Origin: Acinetobacter phage YC#06
DNA: 48,885 nt
Direction: 5' to 3' (one strand)
Sequence record: ON391949.1
Below are positions 38,501-47,349 of this stretch, piece after piece. Numbering within the stretch: the first letter of the stretch is position 1; every line of letters starts with the position of its first letter. Position numbers and translations under genes: made by a program. The notes beneath the pieces are model-generated. The model did not search any database. It was not told where the DNA came from and saw only the letters and a program-made list of their open reading frames with translations.

Positions 38501-38961
38501 ACCTGATTATTGATGGTGGAACTCTGGCTCGAGGCGGCTCAGGTGGTGGAGCAACACCAAGCGGTATTTATACAGGATTATCGTATGGAGTTCAGGGTAT
38601 TCCCGGTGGAGCTGGAGCACCTTTTGGTCGGGTTATGACCGGACAACCTATTACTAACGATTCACAAGACTGGCGTTGGTACTTAAATGGTGACTTTATG
38701 GTTGTCAAAGTAACCGATGCCGAAGCTTCGGTACCCGGTAAAGGTTACCGAACCCAAAATGATCGATATGGATCTCCATTGTCTGGTGATGGTGGAGGTT
38801 GGGGCCAGCGCGGTACCAAGTCCACCAATGATGGAACATGGAACTGGCAATACCATGGCACAACTGAAGGCCAGCCGGGGCCGGGTGGACCTGCAATTGT
38901 TGGGGTGGCACCACTTACAACTCAATTGATCAATGGAGGGAAAATTCTACAAACACTTTAA
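35515..38961 (+). CDS. host-specificity protein (gpI-J analogue) / central tail fibre
   Basis: 1148 aa; hydrophobic segment near residue 95-115 (gpI-like), Gly-rich C-terminal repeats. Confidence 0.65.
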   Translation: MIKIIYKQDPLSEDKTIEHAETLGQWLTSKYDYMPEHVRIFHTTSNMDHAEISFANEVTPKNAYELKQLDFLPGTFIVIENPKGIDPITLAWIAVASIVMGVAVALLMPVPSITQTNQNNNQSSSANNELSNRENKTRVNGRIADIYGAAHDTPDLITVPYKVYENNVEVEHVVGCIGRGHYKINGAYDGETNIVDIAGASVEVFRPGVDIVSGEPYFSLGTEITTPPLTVQHQTSVNGQVLRPADTQSLEGTNYLHFAYPNEILRASANNTDLTTKFVSNDRVEITNASFTFNGQTYDLNGTYSVLSVADDRMTLSNPAAVNANWLKLKELNNQQTAALSPKISSIGEKWIGPFILDNVERSRVLCNFVATNGLYTVSSGGNQAAVNVTIEVEVTPVNESGAAIGNPMLKQIILKGSAKSRQTVGATLDMVTFQGRCSVRARRLTPTPAVTTVVDEVKWQALYGAYPLQSTVYEHETVFRARTYATTGALSVKSRKINFDLQRMLPTFKNGAMTTELFPTSSFADALVSMALDDKIGRRTIDEIDLENIYRTYNDVVDYFGTPLAAEFCTTIDDTNLSFEELVTNLCDAVFCTAYRQNNKLKLYFERPTDNSVMLFNFRNIIPDSYKHDLTFGVMDDYDGLIYEYTDPADDSRINIYLPDKGAKNPKEVKSVGVRNKWQAHFNAYRLWNKLRFQRKSITFDAAPESELLVLRDRIAVADYRNGIHQSGEVVQQEGLILTLSHDVDFIAGKSYVIYLQMGDGTVDLIPVTPGSAKNKVVLGRLPNGALKLSPDDFVNTIYTVVNDDTKGSLPYLVAKREPADQFSNTITAINYDERYYLNDKDFIDVPVDDSPIYIRYDQLDINLARLYQMQRGDLPTTGEISFVVEAGALVSSSSSYRPETRFVYKFDYNSSPAKREYIVPAASELPAIDTGEFPPDLVVNLTIKGAVVGRGGDGGLPHLAFGAWSTDPDYNFTKTRRDGFQGAPGLLNRHSKLNLIIDGGTLARGGSGGGATPSGIYTGLSYGVQGIPGGAGAPFGRVMTGQPITNDSQDWRWYLNGDFMVVKVTDAEASVPGKGYRTQNDRYGSPLSGDGGGWGQRGTKSTNDGTWNWQYHGTTEGQPGPGGPAIVGVAPLTTQLINGGKILQTL

Positions 38962-38977
38962 ATCTTAAAAGAACTTT

Positions 38978-39002
38978 GAGCACCCAATTCGGGTGCTTTT
39001 TT
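38978..39002 (+). terminator. rho-independent terminator after gpJ analogue
   Basis: gagcacccaattcgggtgcttttt. Confidence 0.6.
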
Positions 39003-39028
39003 ATTGCCTAAATTTTCTGGAGATATAA

Positions 39029-39418
39029 ATGGAACCAGTTTCCACAAGCGGTTTAACAGCAATTTTAAAATTTTATGGAGCGGCAATCATGGTGACTTTA
39101 GCGGTCGCTTTAGTTGCAGCAGTAGTATTAATGACACGTATGCCACGCTCACCACAAGAGTGGGCAGTGGGCTTGATCTGTACGGTTGTATCAAGTTTGG
39201 CTGGCGGCTCATTCATTATTGTGAAGTGGGGGCTTCATGAATGGGTTACTGATGTATGGGGGATGATTGCTCTAGGTGGGTTCTTCTTTGTTTGTGGATT
39301 ACCCGGTTGGGCTTTGGTCCGTTGGATTTTTAACTTCATAGATAAACAGGAAGGTAAAACGATTGTGGAAGTGATCAAAGAGTTTAAGAAAGCCAGAAAA
39401 GACATTGAAAACAGTTAA
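39029..39418 (+). CDS. holin (three predicted TM segments)
   Basis: Three hydrophobic helices; immediately upstream of endolysin. Confidence 0.55.
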   Translation: MEPVSTSGLTAILKFYGAAIMVTLAVALVAAVVLMTRMPRSPQEWAVGLICTVVSSLAGGSFIIVKWGLHEWVTDVWGMIALGGFFFVCGLPGWALVRWIFNFIDKQEGKTIVEVIKEFKKARKDIENS

Positions 39419-39419
39419 T

Positions 39420-39440
39420 GCCGCCTTCGGGCGGTTTTTT
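39420..39440 (+). terminator. rho-independent terminator after holin
   Basis: gccgccttcgggcggtttttt. Confidence 0.6.
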
Positions 39441-39460
39441 ATTACCTAAGGGAAACCGAA

Positions 39461-40006
39461 ATGAACATTGAAAAATATCTTGAAGAGTTGATCAAGCGTG
39501 AAGGTGGATACGTAAATAACCCGGCAGACCGTGGTGGTGCAACTAAATATGGCATCACTGAAGCAGTTGCTCGAGCAAATGGATTCAAAGGTAATATGCG
39601 AGATTTACCTCTGGATGTGGCCAAAGCAATTTATCGCAAAAACTATTGGACAGCCCCACGTTTTGATCAGGTGAATATCATTTCTTCTGCTGTAGCTGAA
39701 GAGCTTCTAGACACTGGTGTGAATTGCGGTACCGGATTTGCAAAACCTCTTTTACAACGTGCTTTGAATCTCCTAAATAACCAAGGTAAAGCAGGTTGGC
39801 CAGATTTAACAGTTGACGGAATTTATGGTCCAGCAACTCTTAATGCACTCAAAACTTATCTGGCCAAACGCGGGAAAGAAGGCGAGAAAGTCTTGGTACG
39901 AGTACTTAATATCATGCAAGGTCAGCGTTACATTGAAATCTGTGAGCGCAATCCAAGCCAAGAACAATTTTTCTATGGCTGGATTGCTAATCGAGTATCA
40001 ATGTGA
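39461..40006 (+). CDS. endolysin, GH108 lysozyme with C-terminal peptidoglycan-binding domain
   Basis: EGGYVNNPADRGGATKYGIT signature of GH108. Confidence 0.8.
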   Translation: MNIEKYLEELIKREGGYVNNPADRGGATKYGITEAVARANGFKGNMRDLPLDVAKAIYRKNYWTAPRFDQVNIISSAVAEELLDTGVNCGTGFAKPLLQRALNLLNNQGKAGWPDLTVDGIYGPATLNALKTYLAKRGKEGEKVLVRVLNIMQGQRYIEICERNPSQEQFFYGWIANRVSM

Positions 40007-40194
40007 AGTACCTAATTTTACTGTGCATTCTACTCAAGACTGCACAGTTACTTCGACGTATAGTGAGGTAGTTGTAAAAGTTTATAGGTAAGTTATAGGA
40101 TTGATTGGTAATAATCTTTAAATTTTAGGGGGGGATTGTTCAGATGTAGTGTATTCTGTAAAATAAAACTTAATTATATTTTGCTTTCAATACA

Positions 40195-40875
40195 ATGAAC
40201 GATCAAGTTTTCCAATTACAAATTGTTATAAATGGAGGTTTAACCCCCATTCAATCTAAGCCAGAAACACTTGATAAATTAGTAAAAGAATTTGCTATAA
40301 ATCATTTGTTGTTTCCAAAAGAAATAACTGAACAATTAATTGAGATTAATTCTCAGGATGGTTCTCAAACAAAAAAGATAACTAAATTTATTGATTTGGT
40401 TAGTAGCAATCAAAAATGTACCTACCAAATTAGAAATGATTCACTTGTATTTTTAAATTCCTTTGAGAAAATAGAGGAATTAGAAAGTATATTTGAAAAG
40501 TTTTTTAAATCGTTTTCGGATCTGACCCCATATATAAACTATAAACAATCAAAAAGATTGGGGCTAGTTCTTATTAGGGAGGATTATAATGAGGTTACAT
40601 TACGCGAGTATTGTACTTCAGAAGAATTAGATCGAAATGTTATTGAGAATAGATCGAGAAAAGTTACTCGTTTTGCTATGGCGGAACTAAATGAAATGGT
40701 AAATTTATCTGTTTCAAAAGATTATGTAACTCATGAATCAGGAGTTTCTCGAAATACTCTAGCAAGTGTTTATGATGTTAATACGTTATCTACTAAGGAT
40801 GTTTTTAGATTTACAAGTAAGGATGTAGTAAAGTTTATAAATGCTTCAAAGAAATTTATTTTAGAATCAATGTAA
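40195..40875 (+). CDS. hypothetical protein A of AT-rich three-gene cassette
   Basis: About 27% GC, own promoter, no recognised motif. Confidence 0.45.
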   Translation: MNDQVFQLQIVINGGLTPIQSKPETLDKLVKEFAINHLLFPKEITEQLIEINSQDGSQTKKITKFIDLVSSNQKCTYQIRNDSLVFLNSFEKIEELESIFEKFFKSFSDLTPYINYKQSKRLGLVLIREDYNEVTLREYCTSEELDRNVIENRSRKVTRFAMAELNEMVNLSVSKDYVTHESGVSRNTLASVYDVNTLSTKDVFRFTSKDVVKFINASKKFILESM

Positions 40876-40885
40876 GATTTTTTAT

Positions 40886-41533
40886 ATGAACTATTCAAAT
40901 AATTTATCTAATAATACTATGTATGAAAGTGGTAATCATAAAAAGATAATCACTAAGTACGAGATTGAAACAATAAAAACGGTTTGGCAAACCGATAAGA
41001 TACAGTCTTTTTTAAAAGATTACTTAAATACAGACGTAGTTAGTATTACTGACCCCACTGTTATAGAACAAAAGATAGGGGAAGAGAGCTTAAAGCAAAT
41101 TAAAAGAGAATTTGATATTTTTAAGAATAAATTTGATAATTTTCTGAGATATGAAGATGTGCCAGTCGATTATGTTTCACCTATTGAAAATGAATTAATC
41201 AACTTTTATAAACATAGTAAAGTTGAAGTTCAAGAACAAATTAGCCAATGGATTATTGATTCTTTTGATAACACAAAGGTTCTTCTTAATATTTTAAAAA
41301 TTTTAGGTAATATTGCTCCTGATTTTATTGATCATCAATTTTTAACTAATTTTCTTATCGTTCTTAATCATAAAGATACTGAAATCAAAGAATATGCATT
41401 AAGAATTCAAGAGAAATTAATGCTTCCATCATATAATAATGTACTGAAGCACTCTAAGTTAACTCCAAAATGGATTGATGACTATAGAAAAGAATTGGTT
41501 GAATTGTATGAAGAAGATAATAAAGGTAGTTAA
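40886..41533 (+). CDS. hypothetical protein B of cassette
   Basis: 10-bp spacing from A. Confidence 0.45.
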   Translation: MNYSNNLSNNTMYESGNHKKIITKYEIETIKTVWQTDKIQSFLKDYLNTDVVSITDPTVIEQKIGEESLKQIKREFDIFKNKFDNFLRYEDVPVDYVSPIENELINFYKHSKVEVQEQISQWIIDSFDNTKVLLNILKILGNIAPDFIDHQFLTNFLIVLNHKDTEIKEYALRIQEKLMLPSYNNVLKHSKLTPKWIDDYRKELVELYEEDNKGS

Positions 41534-41539
41534 TTTAAT

Positions 41540-41725
41540 ATGACTATTTTTGTAAGAAAGATAAGTAAAGCAAAATGGCCTTCTGAAGAGGAAATTGCAG
41601 AAAAAGCACTGGATTCAGAAATTATACCTTTTGTCAGAGCCGATGCCTTAACTACTTGTTTAAAAACTTCTCAAAATACTTTATCTGTATGGGCAGAAAG
41701 ATTAAAAGAAATAAAGGCGGTCTAA
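41540..41725 (+). CDS. hypothetical 61-aa protein C of cassette
   Basis: Ends at bidirectional hairpin 41714-41732. Confidence 0.4.
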   Translation: MTIFVRKISKAKWPSEEEIAEKALDSEIIPFVRADALTTCLKTSQNTLSVWAERLKEIKAV

Positions 41726-41732
41726 CCGCCTT
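41714..41732. terminator. bidirectional hairpin between convergent cassette and leftward early block
   Basis: aaggcggtctaaccgcctt. Confidence 0.5.
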
Positions 41733-42000
41733 AAACTGTTGCAAGCTGTGCTGTATTAAGCACAGTCTTGCTTTGCTCATACTTCAAAACGTCCTTCTTT
41801 TTATATGAAACACGTCTTCCAATTTTCGAGAAAGGCAGTGATGATTGATCACAACGCATTCTAGCTAATGTCCAAGGCGAGCAATCTAAATAAAGTGCCA
41901 CAACCTCTTGAGGGAACTTCTGTTCTTCATTAGCCATTATGAAGCGATCCAAATATTCTTGTTGCTCTGCATCAGATAGATTTCTCAGATCTTTTAACAT
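41731..42000 (-). CDS. AlpA/excisionase-like HTH protein
   Basis: VVALYLDCSPWTLARMR ... RRVSYKKKDV resembles AlpA/Xis family. Confidence 0.5.
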   Translation of the reverse strand: MLKDLRNLSDAEQQEYLDRFIMANEEQKFPQEVVALYLDCSPWTLARMRCDQSSLPFSKIGRRVSYKKKDVLKYEQSKTVLNTAQLATV

Positions 42001-42354
42001 TTACTCCTCCTTACTTTCCGCTTTAACTTCTAGATCAAGACGCTCAATCTCCGCAATTAATAAAGCGGCTGCACGAACCAAATCTTGTCTTGGGCTTTTT
42101 GGTTTCCAGAAAGTATCAGCAAAAGGCCACCATCCTGCAGCATCCTCATCCATATACACTTCGGGGCCGAAATCTTTGCTGTTATAAACCCAACCTCTAC
42201 TTACTACATGATCAACGTAACAAGATGCAGCTCGTGGCAATTCATTTGCTTCATAGAGATTATCAAATTCAGGTAAATACCCTTCTTTTATAATTTGGCG
42301 TTCTCTTTCATTAAGAACATCTTTGACAGCTTGACTGCTATATAATTCACTCAT
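42001..42354 (-). CDS. hypothetical early-left protein
   Basis: Coupled with neighbours. Confidence 0.4.
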   Translation of the reverse strand: MSELYSSQAVKDVLNERERQIIKEGYLPEFDNLYEANELPRAASCYVDHVVSRGWVYNSKDFGPEVYMDEDAAGWWPFADTFWKPKSPRQDLVRAAALLIAEIERLDLEVKAESKEE

Positions 42355-42743
42355 CCCTCAGCTCCCGATTCGCTTGCCACTTCAACCATCAAAGAATAAA
42401 TAGGCGTGTAATGATCACGAGTCCCATCGCCCCAATGGAATCCACTATTTTCTAAACAGCTAACAACGCTGTCTGGAATCTCTTTCGGCACAACTACATA
42501 ACCCTCTGGCACCGCCTGAGCTTTGGCTTTTTCTAGCTCTGCATCACGATGCTTTGCACATCTAAGCCAAGCATCCCAACGGCTATTCATGTTGCTTATT
42601 TCTTTCTGAGCAATTTCAGAAGGATTGTTTGATCTAGTCATAAACAGTTCATGCTCATTACTAAAAATAATGTCTCTTCTTCCTTTGTAATATTGGAAGG
42701 TATTCAGAAAAGCCTCTCTTTCCTTATTCAAATCTAACATCAT
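42351..42743 (-). CDS. hypothetical early-left protein
   Basis: Coupled. Confidence 0.4.
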   Translation of the reverse strand: MMLDLNKEREAFLNTFQYYKGRRDIIFSNEHELFMTRSNNPSEIAQKEISNMNSRWDAWLRCAKHRDAELEKAKAQAVPEGYVVVPKEIPDSVVSCLENSGFHWGDGTRDHYTPIYSLMVEVASESGAEG

Positions 42744-42988
42744 TAGGCCCTCAAATATTCTTCTTTAGTCCACTCAACAAACTCTTTATAAAGCTGCTGC
42801 GCGGGTTTATTTAACCGGTTGTGATAGTCGATCGTTATGCGGCGCCAAGCGACTGGTACCGCATAATGTTTGGTTAGAAACATTGCTTGATCCATGCCTT
42901 GCCGGACTATTACGTAGCCCAGCAATTGCAAGTAGTACATAAAACCAAGCATGTGTTTTTGGCTCACTTTCTTGTACTGATCTTTCAT
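42743..42988 (-). CDS. hypothetical early-left protein
   Basis: Coupled. Confidence 0.35.
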   Translation of the reverse strand: MKDQYKKVSQKHMLGFMYYLQLLGYVIVRQGMDQAMFLTKHYAVPVAWRRITIDYHNRLNKPAQQLYKEFVEWTKEEYLRA

Positions 42989-42989
42989 G

Positions 42990-43949
42990 TTAGAAACCGT
43001 CCACTAATAAATAATCAGGGGGAGATTCTTGTTGAGTAGGTGTAGGATTCTCTAATTCATAGCGGCGTTTTCTCACATACCCCATTAGCTTCGGTTGAAT
43101 CTGCGGATCTCGTGCAGCCACGTCTATTTCCAAAGCATCTAGCGTTGTAAGGTCTGGTGCAGTTTGGATTTGAACCATTAAAGAGGGTGGCTCATTAGCA
43201 GATGCCTTTTCTTTTTCTAGCTCTTCAAGACGTTTGTGAGTGGCGAGAAGGATAGGCTTCATTTGTTCGTCATCCCATGTGCGGGTATAACGATAAACCG
43301 CATTTACTTCTGCAGGTGTTTTTGACTCTTTTACACGCTGTAGAAGAGCATCTAATGCCTTCTGATATTCAGGATCTACTTTAGGCTCGTTAGTTTCTGG
43401 AACTAACAGATCCTCAGATGTGGTGACATTTGTTTGTTCGGTAATAACAATTGTTGGTTGAGTTTCTGCAGAAATAACGTCGCTAGGCTTTTCTGCTTTT
43501 GATTTTTTGCCTCGCTGTTTTTTGGGCTCTTCACCAAGGCGAACAACGCTAAGATCATTATTAATTTCAAAACCGAGTGCTTTTGAAAATGCTTTTAATT
43601 GAAGCTTGGCATTTTCTGCATCACGTTGAACAAATCCTCTTTTAATAGCTTCAATGAGTGCAGCAGTTTCAAATCCTATGATATAAATTGAAGGGAGATA
43701 TGTATTGATAACAAAAACATCCTGACCCGCTTTATACTCATCAATAGTTAATGGCTTTGTGAATGTAATGCCAGCCAGTTCAATAGTTTCGATTTTGATG
43801 CAGAATTCAAAACCCGGTTTGCCAAAAACAGAAGCGGGGAATTGATCTAAGTCAGAAAAGTCCAACATGTCTCCAATAGGACGACAAAGAACAGTTTTAC
43901 CTTTTTGAAGAGCTACAAATGCTTCAGCTGCAGTGATTAGATTATTCAT
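42990..43949 (-). CDS. hypothetical early-left protein, 319 aa
   Basis: N-terminal globular domain plus acidic/Lys-rich linker. Confidence 0.4.
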   Translation of the reverse strand: MNNLITAAEAFVALQKGKTVLCRPIGDMLDFSDLDQFPASVFGKPGFEFCIKIETIELAGITFTKPLTIDEYKAGQDVFVINTYLPSIYIIGFETAALIEAIKRGFVQRDAENAKLQLKAFSKALGFEINNDLSVVRLGEEPKKQRGKKSKAEKPSDVISAETQPTIVITEQTNVTTSEDLLVPETNEPKVDPEYQKALDALLQRVKESKTPAEVNAVYRYTRTWDDEQMKPILLATHKRLEELEKEKASANEPPSLMVQIQTAPDLTTLDALEIDVAARDPQIQPKLMGYVRKRRYELENPTPTQQESPPDYLLVDGF

Positions 43950-45148
43950 GCTGTCATCCCCGTTTTAGCTAATGTTTCAATGTCTTGTTTAACTGCTGGT
44001 AGTTTTGCCTCTTCAATTTGGATAAGGGCATCTATGCCGAAGTGTTCACAAACTGTTTTCACGTCTAGGCCGCGTTCAGCTATAAAGTTTTGAAGTTCAT
44101 CTCTTTGTTGATCTGAGATACCGTTAAATTCTGGTGGACTAATCCAAGTGCCACGTTGTTTATCAAACGTGCAATTCAATGCTTTAGCTCTCATTAACAT
44201 TGCTTGGCGCATGTTCTGGTAATACATGTGTTCTTTATCAAGCGACTCAGTTAATTGATTAAGGTCACCTGCATGCTCAGCTTCTTCACAGCTTTGTTTC
44301 CAGTTTTCTAGCTCTTCTTGGGCTTTAGCTGCTGCAAGTTGTGCAGGCGTTAAGGTGTTAATGTGATCTTTAGCTTGAGTAATCAGGTCAGCCAAGAAAG
44401 TAGGATGTGCTTTAAGATCAGGCACCCATACTTCACCGGTTTCACCGCCTAAAGCACCTGAGTTTTTCGCATGATGTGTAGGCGAAGGTTTGAAATTAAT
44501 AACGCGGGCATTTTTACCTTCACCAGTAGTAACAGTTGTTAGATAACCCATGACATCTGCAATACGGTAAAGCTCGTTACGGTTTTTACCACCTAGATCT
44601 GGTCGGTAAATAATTTGATCACCGTTTTGATCTTCTGATGCGTGTGCAATGAAAACAACATCTTTACCTAAACTGATCAAAGTATTGATGTATTGCTTAA
44701 AAGTTTGGTTCGCTAAACCTTGAGCCTTTAACTTTAAAGAGCCATCTTTTTGACGGTTATTAGCAGTTAGCAATAGATGGGTTTTAATGCATTCAAGCAT
44801 TGCACCCACGGTATCAATGACTACGGTTTTATATGGTGCTAAGTCCTGCGGAGTAAGGTTTGCAACATCACTCCATTGTTGAACCTGTACAACCGCACCT
44901 CGACGTAATTCACCAGTACGGTGAGCACCACGGTCAAAGTCAAAAGAAATTGCTTTTTCCGCAGTAAAGCCCATCGATGATTTACCTAAACCCGGATCCG
45001 CGTATAGGTACACAATAATTGCTTGAACCAATAAAGTTTGGTCAGCAGTAATAATCGGTAGAGCCATTTTATTATCCTTATCTTGAGCCAGTGAAGCCGC
45101 GCTTAGTTTTATAAGCTTTGCGGTCACGTGTAGGGATGTTTGTTTCAC
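43946..45148 (-). CDS. P-loop NTPase, AAA_24/Sak4-like recombination ATPase with C-terminal extension
   Basis: Walker A-like YADPGLGKSS, Walker B VVIDTVG. Confidence 0.45.
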   Translation of the reverse strand: MKQTSLHVTAKLIKLSAASLAQDKDNKMALPIITADQTLLVQAIIVYLYADPGLGKSSMGFTAEKAISFDFDRGAHRTGELRRGAVVQVQQWSDVANLTPQDLAPYKTVVIDTVGAMLECIKTHLLLTANNRQKDGSLKLKAQGLANQTFKQYINTLISLGKDVVFIAHASEDQNGDQIIYRPDLGGKNRNELYRIADVMGYLTTVTTGEGKNARVINFKPSPTHHAKNSGALGGETGEVWVPDLKAHPTFLADLITQAKDHINTLTPAQLAAAKAQEELENWKQSCEEAEHAGDLNQLTESLDKEHMYYQNMRQAMLMRAKALNCTFDKQRGTWISPPEFNGISDQQRDELQNFIAERGLDVKTVCEHFGIDALIQIEEAKLPAVKQDIETLAKTGMTA

Positions 45149-45401
45149 GTAGCTTTATTGCGAGCTGCTTTCTGCGTTGGAAGTCGATTTCTTGTGTGAG
45201 TTCATTCCAAACTTTTGGATAGTCAGTTTGGAACTTTTCAACGTCCAAAGGTGTCTTAACTGAGTCCTTCACCTTGTAAAGAACTGAGCCATTAGCATTA
45301 GATGCGTACACTTGCCAGCCAATGCGGACAGAGTAGAGGCCCTTATCATCACGGCCTAAAAATGACTTGTAGCCGTCAGGGTGTTTTTTGAAATTAGTCA
45401 T
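45078..45401 (-). CDS. hypothetical protein
   Basis: GGAGG RBS upstream of ATG at 45399-45401. Confidence 0.4.
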   Translation of the reverse strand: MTNFKKHPDGYKSFLGRDDKGLYSVRIGWQVYASNANGSVLYKVKDSVKTPLDVEKFQTDYPKVWNELTQEIDFQRRKQLAIKLRETNIPTRDRKAYKTKRGFTGSR

Positions 45402-45473
45402 CTTTAAGCCTCCAACAACTTGTTACGTTCGATGAAGCCTCTCGAGCACACGCGCCACACGTACACCCGTTAG

Positions 45474-46683
45474 GGAAACGCTGATCAATGAGCCTGTCGT
45501 CCGCATAACGGACGAGGCAGGTTGCAATTTTCAGATTGACGTAGGAATTTGACGACATGCGAGGTGAGTTTCGCTCGTATTCGGGCCTCACTTCCCGCGT
45601 TTTTCACACACATGACGGATTGCTCCCATGAGTCGACAACAGCTGATTTTTCGCGATCACCAGGTTCGCCAGCGCGAACAGACTGAACAGCTGTGCCGTG
45701 TTCCTGGCTAGACCCTTGTAGCGCACCTTGCGATGACGAAACAGGTTCTTCACGACATGAAACGGATGCTCGACCCGGGCGCGGATCTGCGCCTTGGTTC
45801 GCTCGACCGCGATCACGAGGTCCTTCAGCGGACCTTCCTGCATCGCCCTGATCTTTCCGCGCTTGAGCGCCACGTGCCACTTCACCGTCTTGCCCTTCAT
45901 CTCCTCGCGCTTGTCCACGCCGGTGTAGCCCGCATCGCCAAACGCTTCCTGCTCATGACCGTGCAGCAGGGCGTGGGCCTGCGATACGTCCGGCTCGTTG
46001 GCCGCCGTGGTGACCACGCTATGCACCAGACCCGAGTCGGCGTCGACGCCGACATGGGCCTTCATGCCGAAATACCAGTCGTTGCCCTTCTTCGTCTGAT
46101 GCATCTCCGGGTCACGGCTCTTCCCGGCGTTCTTCGTGGACGGCGCAGCCTCGAAGATCGTCGCATCCACCAGCGTGCCTTCCTTCATCATCAGCCCGCG
46201 CTCGCACAACTCGATGCCGATCTCGTCGAACAGCTTTCGCGTCAGTGCGTGCTCGACCAGCAGGCGCCGGAATTTCAACAGCGTGGTGGCGTCCGGCACG
46301 TTCTCGCGCGCCAGGTCGATGCCCGCGAAGGCGCGCATCGCGATGCTGTCGTAGAGCGCATCTTCAAGCCCTTCGTCCGACAACCCGTACCACTGCTGCA
46401 GCAAGTAGATCCGCAGCATCCGTTCCAGGCCAATCGGCGGCCGGCCACGCTCGCCCTTCGGGTAATACGGCCCGATCACCGACAGCAGCCGCGACCAAGG
46501 GACGACCTTCTCCATCTCGGCCAGAAAGCGTTGACGCTTGGTCACCCGCTTCTTGCCCGCACTTTCCGCTTCCGCAAAACCGATCTGCCGCTGCATCGTC
46601 GTGGGTCCGTTCCGTGAGCTTCTTTCTACAACGCCCTTGGCCTCGTCAGCGATGACCGCCAAGCCGAATTGATCAGTGTTTCC
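45474..46683 (-). mobile_element. IS5-family insertion sequence, 1210 bp, 16-bp imperfect IRs GGAAACRCTGATCAAT, TSD TTAG (45470-45473 and 46684-46687)
   Basis: 65% GC island in a 40% GC background; terminal inverted repeats and flanking 4-bp direct repeat matching IS5 YTAR target. Confidence 0.8.
45604..46662 (-). CDS. IS5-family DDE transposase
   Basis: Alignable along full length to E. coli IS5 transposase (…LRIYLLQQWYGLSDEGLEDALYD…DPEMHQTKKGNDWYFGMKAHVGVD…RARVEHPF…). Confidence 0.85.
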   Translation of the reverse strand: MAVIADEAKGVVERSSRNGPTTMQRQIGFAEAESAGKKRVTKRQRFLAEMEKVVPWSRLLSVIGPYYPKGERGRPPIGLERMLRIYLLQQWYGLSDEGLEDALYDSIAMRAFAGIDLARENVPDATTLLKFRRLLVEHALTRKLFDEIGIELCERGLMMKEGTLVDATIFEAAPSTKNAGKSRDPEMHQTKKGNDWYFGMKAHVGVDADSGLVHSVVTTAANEPDVSQAHALLHGHEQEAFGDAGYTGVDKREEMKGKTVKWHVALKRGKIRAMQEGPLKDLVIAVERTKAQIRARVEHPFHVVKNLFRHRKVRYKGLARNTAQLFSLFALANLVIAKNQLLSTHGSNPSCV

Positions 46684-47349
46684 TTAGCGAGAAGGACCAC
46701 TCTGTACTCCGGTCTCACTATTTTTTCTAAAAAGATAATGTTTGAAGCAATTAAATACATTCCAAAAATTTCGACCTTGGACTACATTTTCGTACTTGAT
46801 CCAAGCGCTAAAAGTAACTTTTTGGTACAACCTTGAGCTGAAATCTGGTTCAAGGTTGAACGTTAAAGTAGAGTTGTTCTCTAGCCTATAGCATTCTTTT
46901 TGACCTGTGACGTGGTTTTCAGGTAATTTTTCAATTACAGCTCCAACCGTCTTGGATTTTATCCATAGATTCCGTCCTCCCACCTTCATTTTTGAAAATT
47001 CTTCACGCAATTTCCCAGCTTCAGATACAACTAAAGTCTTATCTGCTTTATCCTTGGTTGCGTTCAGGATTTCCTGACGGATAGAGCCAGCTCGCACCTC
47101 AAATTCAGCCTGACTCAACTTCTGATTTAGCTTGTTCTGCGTGTCTGTCTCAAGCCTCTTCACAGATTGCCGGATATTTTCAGCAGTCACATTGAGTGAG
47201 CTGATATCCACTTTGGTTCTAAGCCCTTCAGTCAAGCTTCTCACACCAGCGTCGAGCGAGTTGGCTCGTTGTTTAAAGGTCGATTCTACTGTTGAAATCT
47301 GCAACTCAACAAGCGCGTAGGGCACGTCTACAAGAAAGCATTTATGCAA
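46684..47349 (-). pseudogene. 5'-truncated ORF (beta-rich C-terminal domain, possibly fibre-like); its first 15 codons are antisense T7 RNAP sequence
   Basis: The ORF's own stop codon TAA overlaps the IS target duplication; homology break at about 47302. Confidence 0.3.

Noticed and set aside
45394-46655. ORFs 45394-45591(-), 45485-45880(-), 45733-46617(+), 46136-46354(+), 46245-46655(+)
   Set aside because: They are long open frames expected by chance in 65%-GC DNA. They are antisense to or overlap the well-supported IS5 transposase and have Arg/Ala/Pro-rich junk composition.
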